A stretch of DNA of 64,000 bases from Candidatus Portnoybacteria bacterium RIFCSPLOWO2_01_FULL_43_11 (GCA_001819605.1 MHNE01000017.1:10-64009), one strand, 5' to 3'. Numbered from the stretch's first letter, positions 36,954 to 47,508 are shown. The notes: a model not told the origin generated them from the sequence alone. Numbers and translations: made by a program.

Positions 36954-39764
36954 TTAATTTTGGGTATTTTCAATAATTTTTATTTCTTTCTTTGTTAATC
37001 CGTATAATTCATAAACTCTTTGGTCAATGAGTTTATCGATTTCTTTTATTTCCGACTTTATTTCATTGTATTCTTTATCGTCCATAATTGGATGTAATTT
37101 TTGTAGTTCTCTGTTTAATTTGATGATTCTATCTACTATTCTAGAAATTATCTTAATTTCTCTCTCGGGCGGTATTATAATGGGTAGTTCTTTTATTTGT
37201 GGTGCACCAACACGTAAATAACCGCCCTGTAAAGAGAGGGATTTAAAAATATTTTTATAAATAAAGGTCAATAATTTACTATTTAATAATGCTAAAATAA
37301 ACTTTAAGTTTATTTTTTTGTTTTCTATAATTACTGTAGATTTTCCCGCTAAATATTCTCCCCCTTCATCCAAAATACACTCAAGTTGTTTTACCATCCC
37401 GGCAATAATTATTTTGCTCCTTATCGACTCTTTGTATCTTCTTGGTAGTATCTTTTTTAATCGCTTCGTCTTGATTATCGGCTTTAAATAAGCAGATTTA
37501 ATGTATTGTGTCTTTTGATAATCCCATAATGATTTGTATCTATCAATAGTGCCTGTATTGATAAATTTAAGATATCTTTTTTCTTTATTGTCCGTTAAAT
37601 TTTCTATTATCTCTTTTATTCTATAAGCTTCATCAACCGTAGCCGCTCCATGAATATCACAAAATTCACCTAATTTCTTTGAATTTCGCATAATTCTATT
37701 AATAAAACCTGTATTTTTTGTATACTCAAAAATAAATGACCAGCTCTTTTTATATTTTTCTAAAATAGCTTGTTTTATCTTTTTAGTGTTTGTTAATTTT
37801 ATTTGCTCTTCATAATTACTATAGGAATTAACGGTAATATTGTGATTTTGGCTGGGCTTTATCTTTTGAATAACAATTACAATAGGATAAACATTAGCAC
37901 CAAAAACCTTTATATTTGAATAATCATTTATTGAAATTATTGAGTATCTCTTCATAACTGTTCTTATTGATTCCGCATAGTCTGCAGATAATAATTTATT
38001 AGGCACAATCATGCCAAAGTATCCTCCGTCTTTCAACAAATAAAGGCCTTTTTCTATAAAAATACAAAATATATCCCAATTACCTTTAGCGCTCTCGTAA
38101 AAATCAGAACAGTATAACCTAAAATCTTTATCTTTTTTAACCATCTCTTCAGAATCAATATATGGCGGATTACCAACGATTATTCCAAAACCACCTTGTT
38201 TGAAAACTTCGGAAAATTTTTCTTGCCAATTAAAGGGCTTTTTATTTTTCCAATCCTTGCCAAAATATTTTTTAAGCTCTTTTTCATCGCCGGATATTAG
38301 AGAATTACCGCAAGTAAGACTATGGGATAAATTTGGAAGCAACTGGCGGCGCTCCATTATCTTTAAAAGTAAATTCAGTTGAGCAATCTCTATTGCTTCT
38401 TCGTCTAAATCTACTCCGTAAATATTATTTCTTAATAGCTCCATTTTAAAGGGTGAAGCTAATCCTTTTTGTCCTTTGAGCATTTTGAAGCTTTTTTCCA
38501 AATTTCCCAAGTGAGTCCCTTTTCCGTATTTCATATTTTTACCAATCCGCGCTTGCCAGTAAGTAATCAATTCCTCAAGGGCTTTAATTAAAAATGACCC
38601 GCTTCCACAAGCAGGATCTAAAATTCTAATATCTCTGATTTCTTCCGGTGATTTTTCTTTTAGTACCTCGCCTAAGGTATTTTTAACAATATAATCAACT
38701 ATATATCGCGGAGTATAATAAATCCCCTGAGATTTTCTTTTGCTTTTCTTATCTTTTTCTTCTCCATTCCCTCGTTGAATATAACCTAAATATTGCTCGT
38801 AAATACTACCGAATACATCAGTATTAATAGCGGCAAAATTATAACGAATGCCTCTTTGATTTTTATAAAGCTCATTTATAATAACGGCATATATATTATC
38901 ATCAGCAGTCAAATTTTCACAAGAATGAAAGCTGAATAATTTACTGTTATAACTTTTATCATACTGCCTAAAAAGCTGATTTAATTCTTTTATTAATTCA
39001 CCCACTTTTATTCTTTTTAAATCTTCCCAAGTCCTAACCATTCCTTGTAAAATTCTTTCTTCAATGTTTCTGTCTTCAGTCGTTCTGATAAAAATCAGAC
39101 GGTCTAAAATAATTTGCACTGATTCAGATATTTTTTGAGGACTAACTGATGAATTATCCGCCTCTAATTCTTTGTATAATAAATCACGCCAGCGAATTAA
39201 GTCAGCGGCTAATTGTTTATCAACTGGAACTCTTTTTGGTTTATGCCCCCATTTTAGCGCTTCTTTGTCTAAAACTCCTTTTTGAAAACCCTCCTTGCTC
39301 AACCACCATAACCGCTCAAAATCTTTTACGTAATCCTGATATTTTATCTCAAAAAACAAACTATTTTCTGCTCTTGGCTCGTCCCATTCAGCGTTATAGA
39401 CTTTAATTGATTCAAAATCAGTTAAAATTGCCCAAGGGACGCTTTTATGCCAGGCATACCAGATAGCTTGGTCTGCCCATTTTTCTTCGTCTAAATTTAT
39501 ATTAAATGCTTTAGCTTCTAAATAAAATTTAGTTATGCCATCAATCTTAAAAGCGTAGTCTACGCTTTTACCCGAAACAGACTCTTCCTCTATTACCTCG
39601 TCTGCTTTTGTATTATAAACATCCCATCCTAAGGCTTGAAAAAGGGGTAAAATAAAATCTTTACGAGTATTAGCTTCCTTATATTTTCTAATCCTTTCTT
39701 GATCTAAACGCTCGTATTTTTCTATCAATTTTTTTATTCTGTTTTTTGTTTGCTCTTGAGACAT
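36954..39764 (-). CDS. Type IIG restriction-modification enzyme (N-terminal PD-(D/E)xK nuclease + gamma-class N6-adenine methyltransferase + TaqI-like C-terminal specificity domain)
   Basis: Nuclease-like VDYAFKIDG...YLEAK. Motif I LDPACGSGSFL. Motif IV IVGNPPYIDSEE. 936 aa in a single polypeptide. Confidence 0.85.
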   Translation of the reverse strand: MSQEQTKNRIKKLIEKYERLDQERIRKYKEANTRKDFILPLFQALGWDVYNTKADEVIEEESVSGKSVDYAFKIDGITKFYLEAKAFNINLDEEKWADQAIWYAWHKSVPWAILTDFESIKVYNAEWDEPRAENSLFFEIKYQDYVKDFERLWWLSKEGFQKGVLDKEALKWGHKPKRVPVDKQLAADLIRWRDLLYKELEADNSSVSPQKISESVQIILDRLIFIRTTEDRNIEERILQGMVRTWEDLKRIKVGELIKELNQLFRQYDKSYNSKLFSFHSCENLTADDNIYAVIINELYKNQRGIRYNFAAINTDVFGSIYEQYLGYIQRGNGEEKDKKSKRKSQGIYYTPRYIVDYIVKNTLGEVLKEKSPEEIRDIRILDPACGSGSFLIKALEELITYWQARIGKNMKYGKGTHLGNLEKSFKMLKGQKGLASPFKMELLRNNIYGVDLDEEAIEIAQLNLLLKIMERRQLLPNLSHSLTCGNSLISGDEKELKKYFGKDWKNKKPFNWQEKFSEVFKQGGFGIIVGNPPYIDSEEMVKKDKDFRLYCSDFYESAKGNWDIFCIFIEKGLYLLKDGGYFGMIVPNKLLSADYAESIRTVMKRYSIISINDYSNIKVFGANVYPIVIVIQKIKPSQNHNITVNSYSNYEEQIKLTNTKKIKQAILEKYKKSWSFIFEYTKNTGFINRIMRNSKKLGEFCDIHGAATVDEAYRIKEIIENLTDNKEKRYLKFINTGTIDRYKSLWDYQKTQYIKSAYLKPIIKTKRLKKILPRRYKESIRSKIIIAGMVKQLECILDEGGEYLAGKSTVIIENKKINLKFILALLNSKLLTFIYKNIFKSLSLQGGYLRVGAPQIKELPIIIPPEREIKIISRIVDRIIKLNRELQKLHPIMDDKEYNEIKSEIKEIDKLIDQRVYELYGLTKKEIKIIENTQN

Positions 39765-39774
39765 AAGTTAATTT

Positions 39775-40908
39775 TTAACCTATTTTTATAAACCCCAAAA
39801 TATTCTCCGCCCGCTGGCGCCAGCTGTACTGCTGGACATCAATAAAGGCCCGCTGGGCTTTTTCTTTGTCATTTATGGCCATTTCTATTTTTTGAGCTAA
39901 ATCTTTGGCGTTGTCCGGTTTAAATAAAAAACAATTTTTCTCGTTTAAAACCTCTCTGATTGAGGGCAAATCAGAGGCGACAATCGGTCTTTTTGAAGCC
40001 ATATATTCAAACATTTTAATTGGTGAAGTGTAAAGCCGCGAAATTTTTTCTTGGGAGGAGTTCGGTAAAACTAAAACATCGGCTGATTTTAAATACAAAG
40101 GAATTAAATAGGGCGGCTGATGCTTAATTATCGTTATTTTCTCTAAATTATTTTTTTTGATAAACTCTTCTAATCTTATTCTATCATTTTCCATGCCGCC
40201 GACAAAAACTATCTGATAATCATCGCTTAAAAACCGGCTGGCTTTGGCTAAAACGTAAACTCCTTTCCATCTGAATAAATGACCGGTATAAATTACTAAT
40301 TTTTTATCAAGAGGAAGACTTAATTCTTGACGACACTCTTCTCTAGATTTTTTAATGTCAAACTGCTCCAAATCAACGCCGTCAGGAGCAACTAAAATTT
40401 TACCTGGCTCCACCCCTAAATCAATTAAGAGTTTTTTTAGCTGATGGGTGATGACAATAATTTTTCTGACTCTTTTGAAGAGCCGCTTATATAAAAAAAA
40501 CTTGGAGCGGGGGAAAATATGAAGCTCTAAAACCAAATTTCTTTTTAAAAAACTCAAAAAAAATAAACTGAATTCGTCGCGGGAATAAATAATATCCGCT
40601 TTTTTAAAAAGGAGATAAAAAAATAATGCTAAAGCGAAACTCGCGCCGGAAAGCAAAGCAGAAAAACCTTTGAAAGGACGTTCAAAATCAACTAAATCCA
40701 AATGCCAAAGCCGCCTAATCGGAAACTTCTCCTTAATTTTATAATAATCAAAAGTGTCAATGTTTTTAAATTGAGGATTGCCCTTTTTGGCCGCCGCTAA
40801 TTCAACCTCAAAATTATGTTTTCTAAAGGCCTGACACATTTTCATAATCTGAAGGCCGTGCGCCTTTTCAGTGGGAATTCTGGCTAAAGCCAGATAAATA
40901 ATTTTCAT
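39775..40908 (-). CDS. Family 4 glycosyltransferase
   Basis: C-terminal SPIKMFEYMASKRPIVASDLPSIREV. N-terminal MKIIYLALARIPTEKAHGLQ. Confidence 0.8.
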   Translation of the reverse strand: MKIIYLALARIPTEKAHGLQIMKMCQAFRKHNFEVELAAAKKGNPQFKNIDTFDYYKIKEKFPIRRLWHLDLVDFERPFKGFSALLSGASFALALFFYLLFKKADIIYSRDEFSLFFLSFLKRNLVLELHIFPRSKFFLYKRLFKRVRKIIVITHQLKKLLIDLGVEPGKILVAPDGVDLEQFDIKKSREECRQELSLPLDKKLVIYTGHLFRWKGVYVLAKASRFLSDDYQIVFVGGMENDRIRLEEFIKKNNLEKITIIKHQPPYLIPLYLKSADVLVLPNSSQEKISRLYTSPIKMFEYMASKRPIVASDLPSIREVLNEKNCFLFKPDNAKDLAQKIEMAINDKEKAQRAFIDVQQYSWRQRAENILGFIKIG

Positions 40909-40910
40909 TT

Positions 40911-42794
40911 TTATTTGGGAATTAAAGCCCTCTGTTTATACCACCTTCTATACCACTCTTGAAACATAAGCAATGTCCAAATCTTTTTTCGATGGTCGGC
41001 TTTTTTGTTTACATGTTCGTCCAATAATTTTTTAATTTCAGAATAATTAAAAATACCCTGCTCTTTTATCTTTTTTTCGCTTAATAAATCAAAAGCGAAG
41101 TCTTTTAATTCATTGGTCAGCCACTTGGCAATCGGCAGGCCAAAGCCCTTTTTCGGCCTGTTGATTATATTTTCCGGCAACTTATTTTTCATCAACCTCT
41201 TTAAAATATATTTGGTTTTGAATCCTTTAAGCTTTAAATGATAGGGCAAAGAATTTATAAACTCAACCAACCGGTAATCCAAAAACGGCGCTCTTACCTC
41301 CAAAGACGCGAACATTGAAGCCCTGTCCGCTTTAACCAAAATGTCATCAGCCAAATATTGTTTCAGATACAGATAAATCAGCCGGTTTTCCAATGGCTCT
41401 TTTTTTACCTCTTCTATAAGTTTTTGGGTTATTAAAAAACTTTCATTAAAATCAATCTGACTGACTGTTTCTTTTGAAAATAATTTTTGATTTTCTTTTG
41501 GCAAAAAAGAGCCCAGCCAAATCTGATTTTGAATTTCCGGCGAAAAATCGTAGCCGGAAAGTATTCTTTTAACTCTGAAATCAAAACTAAAATTATTAAA
41601 TGAAACCGGCAAATAATCAACCATTCCTTGAATGATTTTTCTTAGTAATTGAGGAAATTTACGGAATAATTTGGCGAATTTAAGGGCCTGAAAAGTAGGA
41701 TAGCCGGCTAAAAGCTCGTCTCCGCCGTCGCCGGCCAAAGCCACTTTAACTCTCTCACGAGTGAATTTTGACAAGAGATAAGTGGGAATAACTGAAGCGT
41801 CGGCAAACGGTTCGTCATTAATTTCTGAAACATCGTCAATTAAAGACAATAAATCATTCGGAGTAAAAGTTTGGTGATAATGCTCGGTTTTTAAAAACTT
41901 GGCGACCTCTTTTGCGTGAATTGACTCGTCAAAAGATTTGTCGGTAAAACCAATGGAAAATGTTTTAATTTTAGCTGAAGAATTTTTCTGGGCAAAATAG
42001 GCAATGGTTGAGGAATCAAGGCCGCCGGATAAAAATACGCCCAAAGGCACATCAGCAATAAGTCTTTTTTTAACCGAATCTTCCAACAAATTTTCAAATT
42101 CAATTAAATAATTTTTAGTATTTTCTAATTGACTAAACTTTATCTCCCAATATTTAGAAAGCTTTATTTGATTATTCTCAAAAATTAAAAACTGGCCCGG
42201 CTCTAATTTTTTTACCCCTTTAATAATAGTCTTTGGCGCCGGCGCATATTCGTAAATCAGATACTTATTCAGCTCGTCCAAGTCAATTTCTCTTTTAATT
42301 AAAGGGTGTTCTAATAACACCTTTAATTCCGAACCAAAAACTAAAGTATTATTAACTAAACTATAGTAAAGCGGCTTTTGGCCCAATCTGTCGCGGGCTA
42401 AAATTATTTTTTTTTCTTTTTGGTCCCAAAGAGCCAAAGCGAACATGCCGTTTAATTTATTTAAAAAACTTTCTCCTTCCTCTTCGTAGAGATGAACAAT
42501 TACTTCCGTATCAGTTTGGGTCTTAAATTTATGGCCTTTTTTTTCCAAGCCCTTTCTTAATTCTAAAAAATTATAAATTTCGCCGTTAAAAATAATCCAG
42601 ACGGTTTTATCTTCGTTAGACAAGGGCTGATGACCAAGAGAAAGATCAATAATGCTTAAACGGCGATGACCCAAATACAGATTTTCAAAGTTATAAAAAC
42701 CTTCATCGTCGGGCCCGCGATGTTTAACCGCGCTTGTCATTTTTCCAAGAATTTCCCGATTGCCCTGACCTAAAAAACCGGCTAAACCGCACAT
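40911..42794 (-). CDS. asnB: Asparagine synthase (glutamine-hydrolysing) family amidotransferase
   Basis: N-terminal nucleophile MCGLAGFLG, the PP-loop FLSGGLDSS, and a length of 627 aa. Confidence 0.9.
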   Translation of the reverse strand: MCGLAGFLGQGNREILGKMTSAVKHRGPDDEGFYNFENLYLGHRRLSIIDLSLGHQPLSNEDKTVWIIFNGEIYNFLELRKGLEKKGHKFKTQTDTEVIVHLYEEEGESFLNKLNGMFALALWDQKEKKIILARDRLGQKPLYYSLVNNTLVFGSELKVLLEHPLIKREIDLDELNKYLIYEYAPAPKTIIKGVKKLEPGQFLIFENNQIKLSKYWEIKFSQLENTKNYLIEFENLLEDSVKKRLIADVPLGVFLSGGLDSSTIAYFAQKNSSAKIKTFSIGFTDKSFDESIHAKEVAKFLKTEHYHQTFTPNDLLSLIDDVSEINDEPFADASVIPTYLLSKFTRERVKVALAGDGGDELLAGYPTFQALKFAKLFRKFPQLLRKIIQGMVDYLPVSFNNFSFDFRVKRILSGYDFSPEIQNQIWLGSFLPKENQKLFSKETVSQIDFNESFLITQKLIEEVKKEPLENRLIYLYLKQYLADDILVKADRASMFASLEVRAPFLDYRLVEFINSLPYHLKLKGFKTKYILKRLMKNKLPENIINRPKKGFGLPIAKWLTNELKDFAFDLLSEKKIKEQGIFNYSEIKKLLDEHVNKKADHRKKIWTLLMFQEWYRRWYKQRALIPK

Positions 42795-42797
42795 AAA

Positions 42798-43751
42798 CTA
42801 ATTATATTTTTCCTTTATTACATAAATCTTTCTGTCGCGCGATTCGTGATAAACCCTCATCACCATTTCAGCCAAAAGACCGATTAAAATCAGAATTATG
42901 CCAACGATAAAAAATAAAGCGGTCAAGACCGGCAGAGGCGTCTCAATAAATGTTTTTCCTCCCCAAAATTTATAGTAAACGGATAAAAGAAAAGTTAAAA
43001 AAGAAAGAATAATGGAAAAAATGCCGACCCGGCCGAAAAAATAAATCGGTTTGGTAAAGTAGCCGCTTAAAAATTTAATGACGATTAAATCCAAAATCAC
43101 TTTTATTATTCTTTCCAGGCCGTATTTAGAATGACCGAATTGGCGAGGCGTAAAATTAACGACTACTTCAGCTATTTTTGCTCCCTGCCACGAAGCTAAA
43201 ATGGCTAAAAACCTGTGCATCTCGCCGTATAATTTAACATCTTTTAAAACTTCTTGACGATAAGCTTTAAGACTGCATCCAAAATCGTGAAGCTTCACTC
43301 CGCTGATTTTCGCTATCAGCCAATTAGCCAGCCGGGAAGTCAATCTCCGACTTAAGGGGTTATTGGCCCAGCGGTTTTTCCGCCAGCCGGAAACTATATC
43401 ATAGCCCTCGTCAATTTTAGACAAAAGCAAAAGAATGTCAGAAGGATCGTTTTCCAAGTCCGAATCCATAATAACGATAATTTCTCCCTTAGTCTCGTCA
43501 AGACCGGCGGCCCAAGCCGCGGTTTGGCCAAAGTTTTTTCTTAATCTGATAATCCGCCAATTATTTTTATTAGTTAATAATGATTTCAAAATATCAAAAC
43601 CATTATCGTCTGAACCGTCATCAATAAAAATTACTTCAAAAGTTTTGCCCAAAGAAGGCAAGACTTGATTTAGTTTCTCAACCAAAAAAGGAAGGTTTTC
43701 TTCTTCATTATAAAAAGGAATGATTAAAGACAAATAAGATGTTTTATCCAT
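42798..43751 (-). CDS. Polyprenyl-phosphate glycosyltransferase (GT2, GtrB/ArnC/DPM1-like, two C-terminal TM helices)
   Basis: LSLIIPFYNEEENL, FIDDGSDDNG, MDSDLENDP, and a C-terminal TM pair. Confidence 0.8.
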   Translation of the reverse strand: MDKTSYLSLIIPFYNEEENLPFLVEKLNQVLPSLGKTFEVIFIDDGSDDNGFDILKSLLTNKNNWRIIRLRKNFGQTAAWAAGLDETKGEIIVIMDSDLENDPSDILLLLSKIDEGYDIVSGWRKNRWANNPLSRRLTSRLANWLIAKISGVKLHDFGCSLKAYRQEVLKDVKLYGEMHRFLAILASWQGAKIAEVVVNFTPRQFGHSKYGLERIIKVILDLIVIKFLSGYFTKPIYFFGRVGIFSIILSFLTFLLSVYYKFWGGKTFIETPLPVLTALFFIVGIILILIGLLAEMVMRVYHESRDRKIYVIKEKYN

Positions 43752-43753
43752 TA

Positions 43754-45379
43754 TTATTTTAGTTTATAAATTTCCACAATTGGCCCGAGCCGTTTGTCTT
43801 TGAACCGCTCGTGAGGAAAAATAACCGGACCTTCGTCAGAGGGATTATAGAGCGAGCCTTCAAATTTTTTAATCAATTGGGCGTTCTCTGTTAATTTTTC
43901 GCCCAAATGACCAAAGCGCCGAGTAGTATATTCGTCAATTAAATAATATTCGTATTCAGAAACATTGGGCGGCAGAACCCCGATTAAATCAAGCGGCCAG
44001 ACGCAATAACTATCAGGAAACGGCCGCGACATCATCACATAATCCCTGCTTCTTAAGCTCATATTCCTGATGAGCTGCTGCTGATTAAGACATTCCTGAT
44101 TTCTAATCAGATTAAATTCCCATGAATTAGTAATTATTTTTGACCCGGCCGGCAAATTCTCCTCTATCCAATTTTTAGCCAGATTTCTGGTATCTGTTTG
44201 GCTGATTATTTTATCAAACATAACAGCGTTTTTAAGAGGCAAAAATATCACTATCAGAGAGATTAAACCCGCTATTATATTTGACTTAATTCTTAAGAAA
44301 TTAATAATCCGGTCAAGGCCAAAGCCGGCCGCGATCGCCAAAACCGGCAGAAAAAGCAAAATATATCTCGGTTCAAAATGGAATAAAAAATAATATAAAA
44401 AAGGGGAAATTAAAGGAATAAAGATTAAAAGCGAAAAAATTCTCTTGTTTTGAAAAAAAAGAAACAAATAACCAAATAAAGATAAAATAAAAATAAAAGG
44501 AGCTAAATAGAATAAAACATTAAAAACCTGAAAAACTACGTCAAAAAAAGGCACAAATTCTTTGGACGGATTTTGACCCGAATCTTCGCCAAAAGCCATA
44601 CGATAAAACTCCTGCGGATAAACCAAAATTGCCGAAACGGAAATAATCAAAGAAATTACAATAAAAAGCCATAATTTTTTGCTAAAAAATTTTCTTCCAA
44701 ATGACTGGCCCGGCAGTAAAAAATGGATTAAAACCGCAAGAGAACCGTAAACGGCCATCACGTAATCGCTGAAAAAAGCCAAGCCGACCGCTAAAGACCC
44801 GAGAAGATAATTTTTAGTTTTCGGATTTTTAAAAAAAGAAAAAGAAAAAGAGACGATAAGCAAGGCGAAAAATATACCGAAATTCCAATGTTTTGAAAAA
44901 TGTCCCTGATGAAAAGGCAAAAAACTTACGCCGTAGAGCAAAGCGGCCATTAACCCGGCTCTTTTTGAAAATATCTTTTTAGCAATTAAATAAATCAGAA
45001 AAACAGCGGCGGTGGAAAAAAGAACATTAATTATTCTGGCTATCAGAAAAAAAACAGCCGGTTCCATAACAAAGAAATCCCTCAATTCGGCCAAAGAACC
45101 AAAGTCGCCCGTCAAATAAACAAAAATCACATAAGGAGCAAAAAAAATCAGGTAGACCCAAGGGATAAAAGTCGGGTAATATAAAAGCCGAAAAACATCC
45201 TGCTCCAAAACTGGGAAAATATTTTTCTCAAAAATCATCTTAAGAGCGCCGCCGACAAGCGACTTCTCATCGCCGATAAAAAGGCCGGGCAAGCCGTATG
45301 AGATTCCCCACAACCGCAAAAATAAAGCCAATAATAAAATTAAAAAAATCAGATAATTTTTTTTAAGAAGAGATAACAT
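43754..45379 (-). CDS. GT-C-fold membrane glycosyltransferase (ArnT/PMT-like)
   Basis: 541 aa. N-terminal FLRLWGISYGLPGLFIGDEKS, about 11 TM helices, then a soluble C-terminal domain. It sits directly between the GT2 and the aminotransferase. Confidence 0.65.
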   Translation of the reverse strand: MLSLLKKNYLIFLILLLALFLRLWGISYGLPGLFIGDEKSLVGGALKMIFEKNIFPVLEQDVFRLLYYPTFIPWVYLIFFAPYVIFVYLTGDFGSLAELRDFFVMEPAVFFLIARIINVLFSTAAVFLIYLIAKKIFSKRAGLMAALLYGVSFLPFHQGHFSKHWNFGIFFALLIVSFSFSFFKNPKTKNYLLGSLAVGLAFFSDYVMAVYGSLAVLIHFLLPGQSFGRKFFSKKLWLFIVISLIISVSAILVYPQEFYRMAFGEDSGQNPSKEFVPFFDVVFQVFNVLFYLAPFIFILSLFGYLFLFFQNKRIFSLLIFIPLISPFLYYFLFHFEPRYILLFLPVLAIAAGFGLDRIINFLRIKSNIIAGLISLIVIFLPLKNAVMFDKIISQTDTRNLAKNWIEENLPAGSKIITNSWEFNLIRNQECLNQQQLIRNMSLRSRDYVMMSRPFPDSYCVWPLDLIGVLPPNVSEYEYYLIDEYTTRRFGHLGEKLTENAQLIKKFEGSLYNPSDEGPVIFPHERFKDKRLGPIVEIYKLK

Positions 45380-46481
45380 TTTTAATTGTCTGACAAATAA
45401 ATTTTATATCCGATTTCTTTAGGGCCTGATAAGACGGCAAACTCATTCCTCTTTTTGAAAGATACTCGGCTGTTTTAAAAGTCTGATTTGCTTTTAGATA
45501 CTTTTTATAGGGAGGCATTTTATGAATCGGGTAAAAAAATGGACGAGCGTCTATATTATTTTCCCTTAGCCCCTCTATTAATCTGTCTCGGATTTTGGGT
45601 TCTTTTCTATTAATTATAATTGAATAAAGCCAGCAAACCGGCTTGGCCCAATCTTTACTGGGAGGCAGAATCAAGCCGTCAATATCTTTTAAATGCCTGT
45701 TATAAGCGGCGCTGATTTGTTCCCTTTCTTCCAAAAACTTATGAATCTGCTCCAACTGGGCCAAACCAATGGCGGCCTGAATATTAGTCAGACGATAATT
45801 AAAGCCAATCTGATCGTGCCAATATCTCTTTTTGGGACTCATGCCGTGATTCAATAGTATCCTCATTTTATCCGCCAATTTTTTGTCGTTTGTCAGACAC
45901 ATGCCGCCGCCGCCGGTCGTAATAATCTTATTGCCGTAAAAACTAAAACAGCTGACATGGCCAAAGCCGCCTATTTTTCCGCCCAGGTATTCAGCGCCGT
46001 GGGCTTCGGCGCAATCCTCTATGACAAACAAATTATATTTTTTGGCGATTTCTAAAATTTTATCAAGCCGGGAGGGGTGACCGTAAAGATGAACGACGAT
46101 AATCGCTTTGGTCTTTTGAGTAATTTCTTTCTCAATTTTATCAATGTCAATATTCCAAGTTTCTTTATCCGCGTCAACTAAAACCGGCTCAGCCCCGGTA
46201 TAAATTATTGCGTTAACCGGAGAAATAAAAGTCAAATCCGGCGCAATAACTTCGTCGCCCGGCCCGATTCCTAAAGCGGCTAAAGCCAAATGAAGGGCCG
46301 TGGTCCCGTTAGCGTTGGCTACGCCGTATTTTACTCCGCAATATTTGGCAAATGCCTGTTCAAATTTGTCAATAAATTCCCCCTGCGAAGAAATCCAGCC
46401 GGTTTTAACGCACTGTTCAATATATTCTTTTTCTTTACCGATTAAAATTGGCTTAGCAATAGGTATAAACTTCATAGCCAT
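45363..46481 (-). CDS. DegT/DnrJ/EryC1/StrS-family PLP aminotransferase (perosamine-synthetase-like)
   Basis: PIAKPILIGKEKEYIEQCVKTGWISSQGEFIDKFE, NGTTALHLAL, and FYGNKIITTGGGGM, which contains the expected PLP-binding Lys. Confidence 0.9.
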   Translation of the reverse strand: MAMKFIPIAKPILIGKEKEYIEQCVKTGWISSQGEFIDKFEQAFAKYCGVKYGVANANGTTALHLALAALGIGPGDEVIAPDLTFISPVNAIIYTGAEPVLVDADKETWNIDIDKIEKEITQKTKAIIVVHLYGHPSRLDKILEIAKKYNLFVIEDCAEAHGAEYLGGKIGGFGHVSCFSFYGNKIITTGGGGMCLTNDKKLADKMRILLNHGMSPKKRYWHDQIGFNYRLTNIQAAIGLAQLEQIHKFLEEREQISAAYNRHLKDIDGLILPPSKDWAKPVCWLYSIIINRKEPKIRDRLIEGLRENNIDARPFFYPIHKMPPYKKYLKANQTFKTAEYLSKRGMSLPSYQALKKSDIKFICQTIKNVISS

Positions 46482-46546
46482 AAGATAGCACGATTTTTGA
46501 AATTAGACAAGGTAAACTTTTGATTTAAAACAGTATTTAAAATTTT

Positions 46547-46577
46547 AAAAAGGCGCTCTTTGGAAGCGCCTTTTTTT
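46547..46577 (-). terminator. Rho-independent (bidirectional-looking) terminator
   Basis: AAAAA-GGCGCT (46552..46557), a 7-nt loop, then AGCGCC (46565..46570)-TTTTTTT. It begins ~40 nt downstream of the stop at 46615. Confidence 0.7.
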
Positions 46578-46614
46578 GTTAACAAAAAACTAAAGCCCTG
46601 AAGGACGATTTACT

Positions 46615-47508
46615 TTAACAACTAAGCCAGGAAAGAATCCTCCTTATACTCTCCCTTGACTCTTTTGGGTTTTTAAAATCAGAATCATTTACCTCTAAAT
46701 TTATGGTATAGTTCATTGTATTCCATGAGTCATTCTTAAAGAATGAGAATAATTCTCTAAACTGTTCTTCGCCCAAAAACCCATCGCCTGGGACAAGGCC
46801 CTCTTTAAAAACACTTGTACCCGGGATCCAATGCCCCCAGCAATCGCTTATATGAAAGTGTGAAATTTTCTCTTTAAACTTGTTTACAATTGTTTTTAAA
46901 GAGACGGGAAAACCCAATGTCCCCCAATGACAAGTGTCAAAAGTCATAAAAATCCCAATTTCGCTGACAAATTCATAAAGTTCAAACGGGTCGGCAAAAA
47001 ATGGATCCCATACCATATCCTCATAACTATACATTACATCTCCCATCAAGGGATATGGCATATTTTCAAGGGACAATTTGACCGCCGGTCTGATAACCAA
47101 TCTTTTTAAATTTTCTTTCAGGTTTTCTTTCTTTTTTTGCCTTTCGGATATCAAAGGAGTAAAACTTAATACTTCAGCATGAACAATAACTTGCTCGGCC
47201 CCAATCATACGAGCAAGTCCGTAAACCGATTTTAGGGTCTCCATACCTTTCTCGGTAGAAAGATTAGTATTCCCTGAAAAATAGTTTTCGCGTTCAACCG
47301 GAGAATGGATTATTAAGAAATCTAATTCTCGTTTGATTTCTTTTATATTACTTATAATAAGCTCTCTCTCATAGAAAAAATCGTCTATCGGCCCCACTAT
47401 TTCAAAACCAATGGGATATTTCCCTTTAATCTCTTGAAGTAAATTTAACCTAACTCGTACATCTTCCCTTTTTACTGCCCTGCATGGCGTACAAATTCCT
47501 CTTATCAT
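46615..47508 (-). CDS. Xylose-isomerase-like TIM-barrel protein (sugar-phosphate isomerase/epimerase family)
   Basis: VIVHAEV, LENMPYP, TFDTCHW, HFHISDC. The start was moved to ATG 47508 (MIRGICT) because AGGAGG lies 9 nt upstream. The ORF-track start at 47580 has no RBS. Confidence 0.6.
   Translation of the reverse strand: MIRGICTPCRAVKREDVRVRLNLLQEIKGKYPIGFEIVGPIDDFFYERELIISNIKEIKRELDFLIIHSPVERENYFSGNTNLSTEKGMETLKSVYGLARMIGAEQVIVHAEVLSFTPLISERQKKKENLKENLKRLVIRPAVKLSLENMPYPLMGDVMYSYEDMVWDPFFADPFELYEFVSEIGIFMTFDTCHWGTLGFPVSLKTIVNKFKEKISHFHISDCWGHWIPGTSVFKEGLVPGDGFLGEEQFRELFSFFKNDSWNTMNYTINLEVNDSDFKNPKESRESIRRILSWLSC

Noticed and set aside
36954-39764. BREX PglX or a type I HsdM/HsdR reading of the 936-aa methyltransferase-containing protein.
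   Set aside because: No BREX partners (PglZ, BrxC, BrxL and others) and no HsdS/HsdR genes are nearby. The N-terminal PD-(D/E)xK module fused to an NPPY methylase and a TaqI-like C-terminus fits a stand-alone type IIG enzyme.
42798-46481. A literal arnBCT lipid A aminoarabinose-modification operon.
   Set aside because: No ArnA, ArnD or ArnE/F equivalents are present and no LPS genes are in view. The adjacent Gmd points to a GDP-mannose-derived sugar instead. Only the mechanistic logic is retained.
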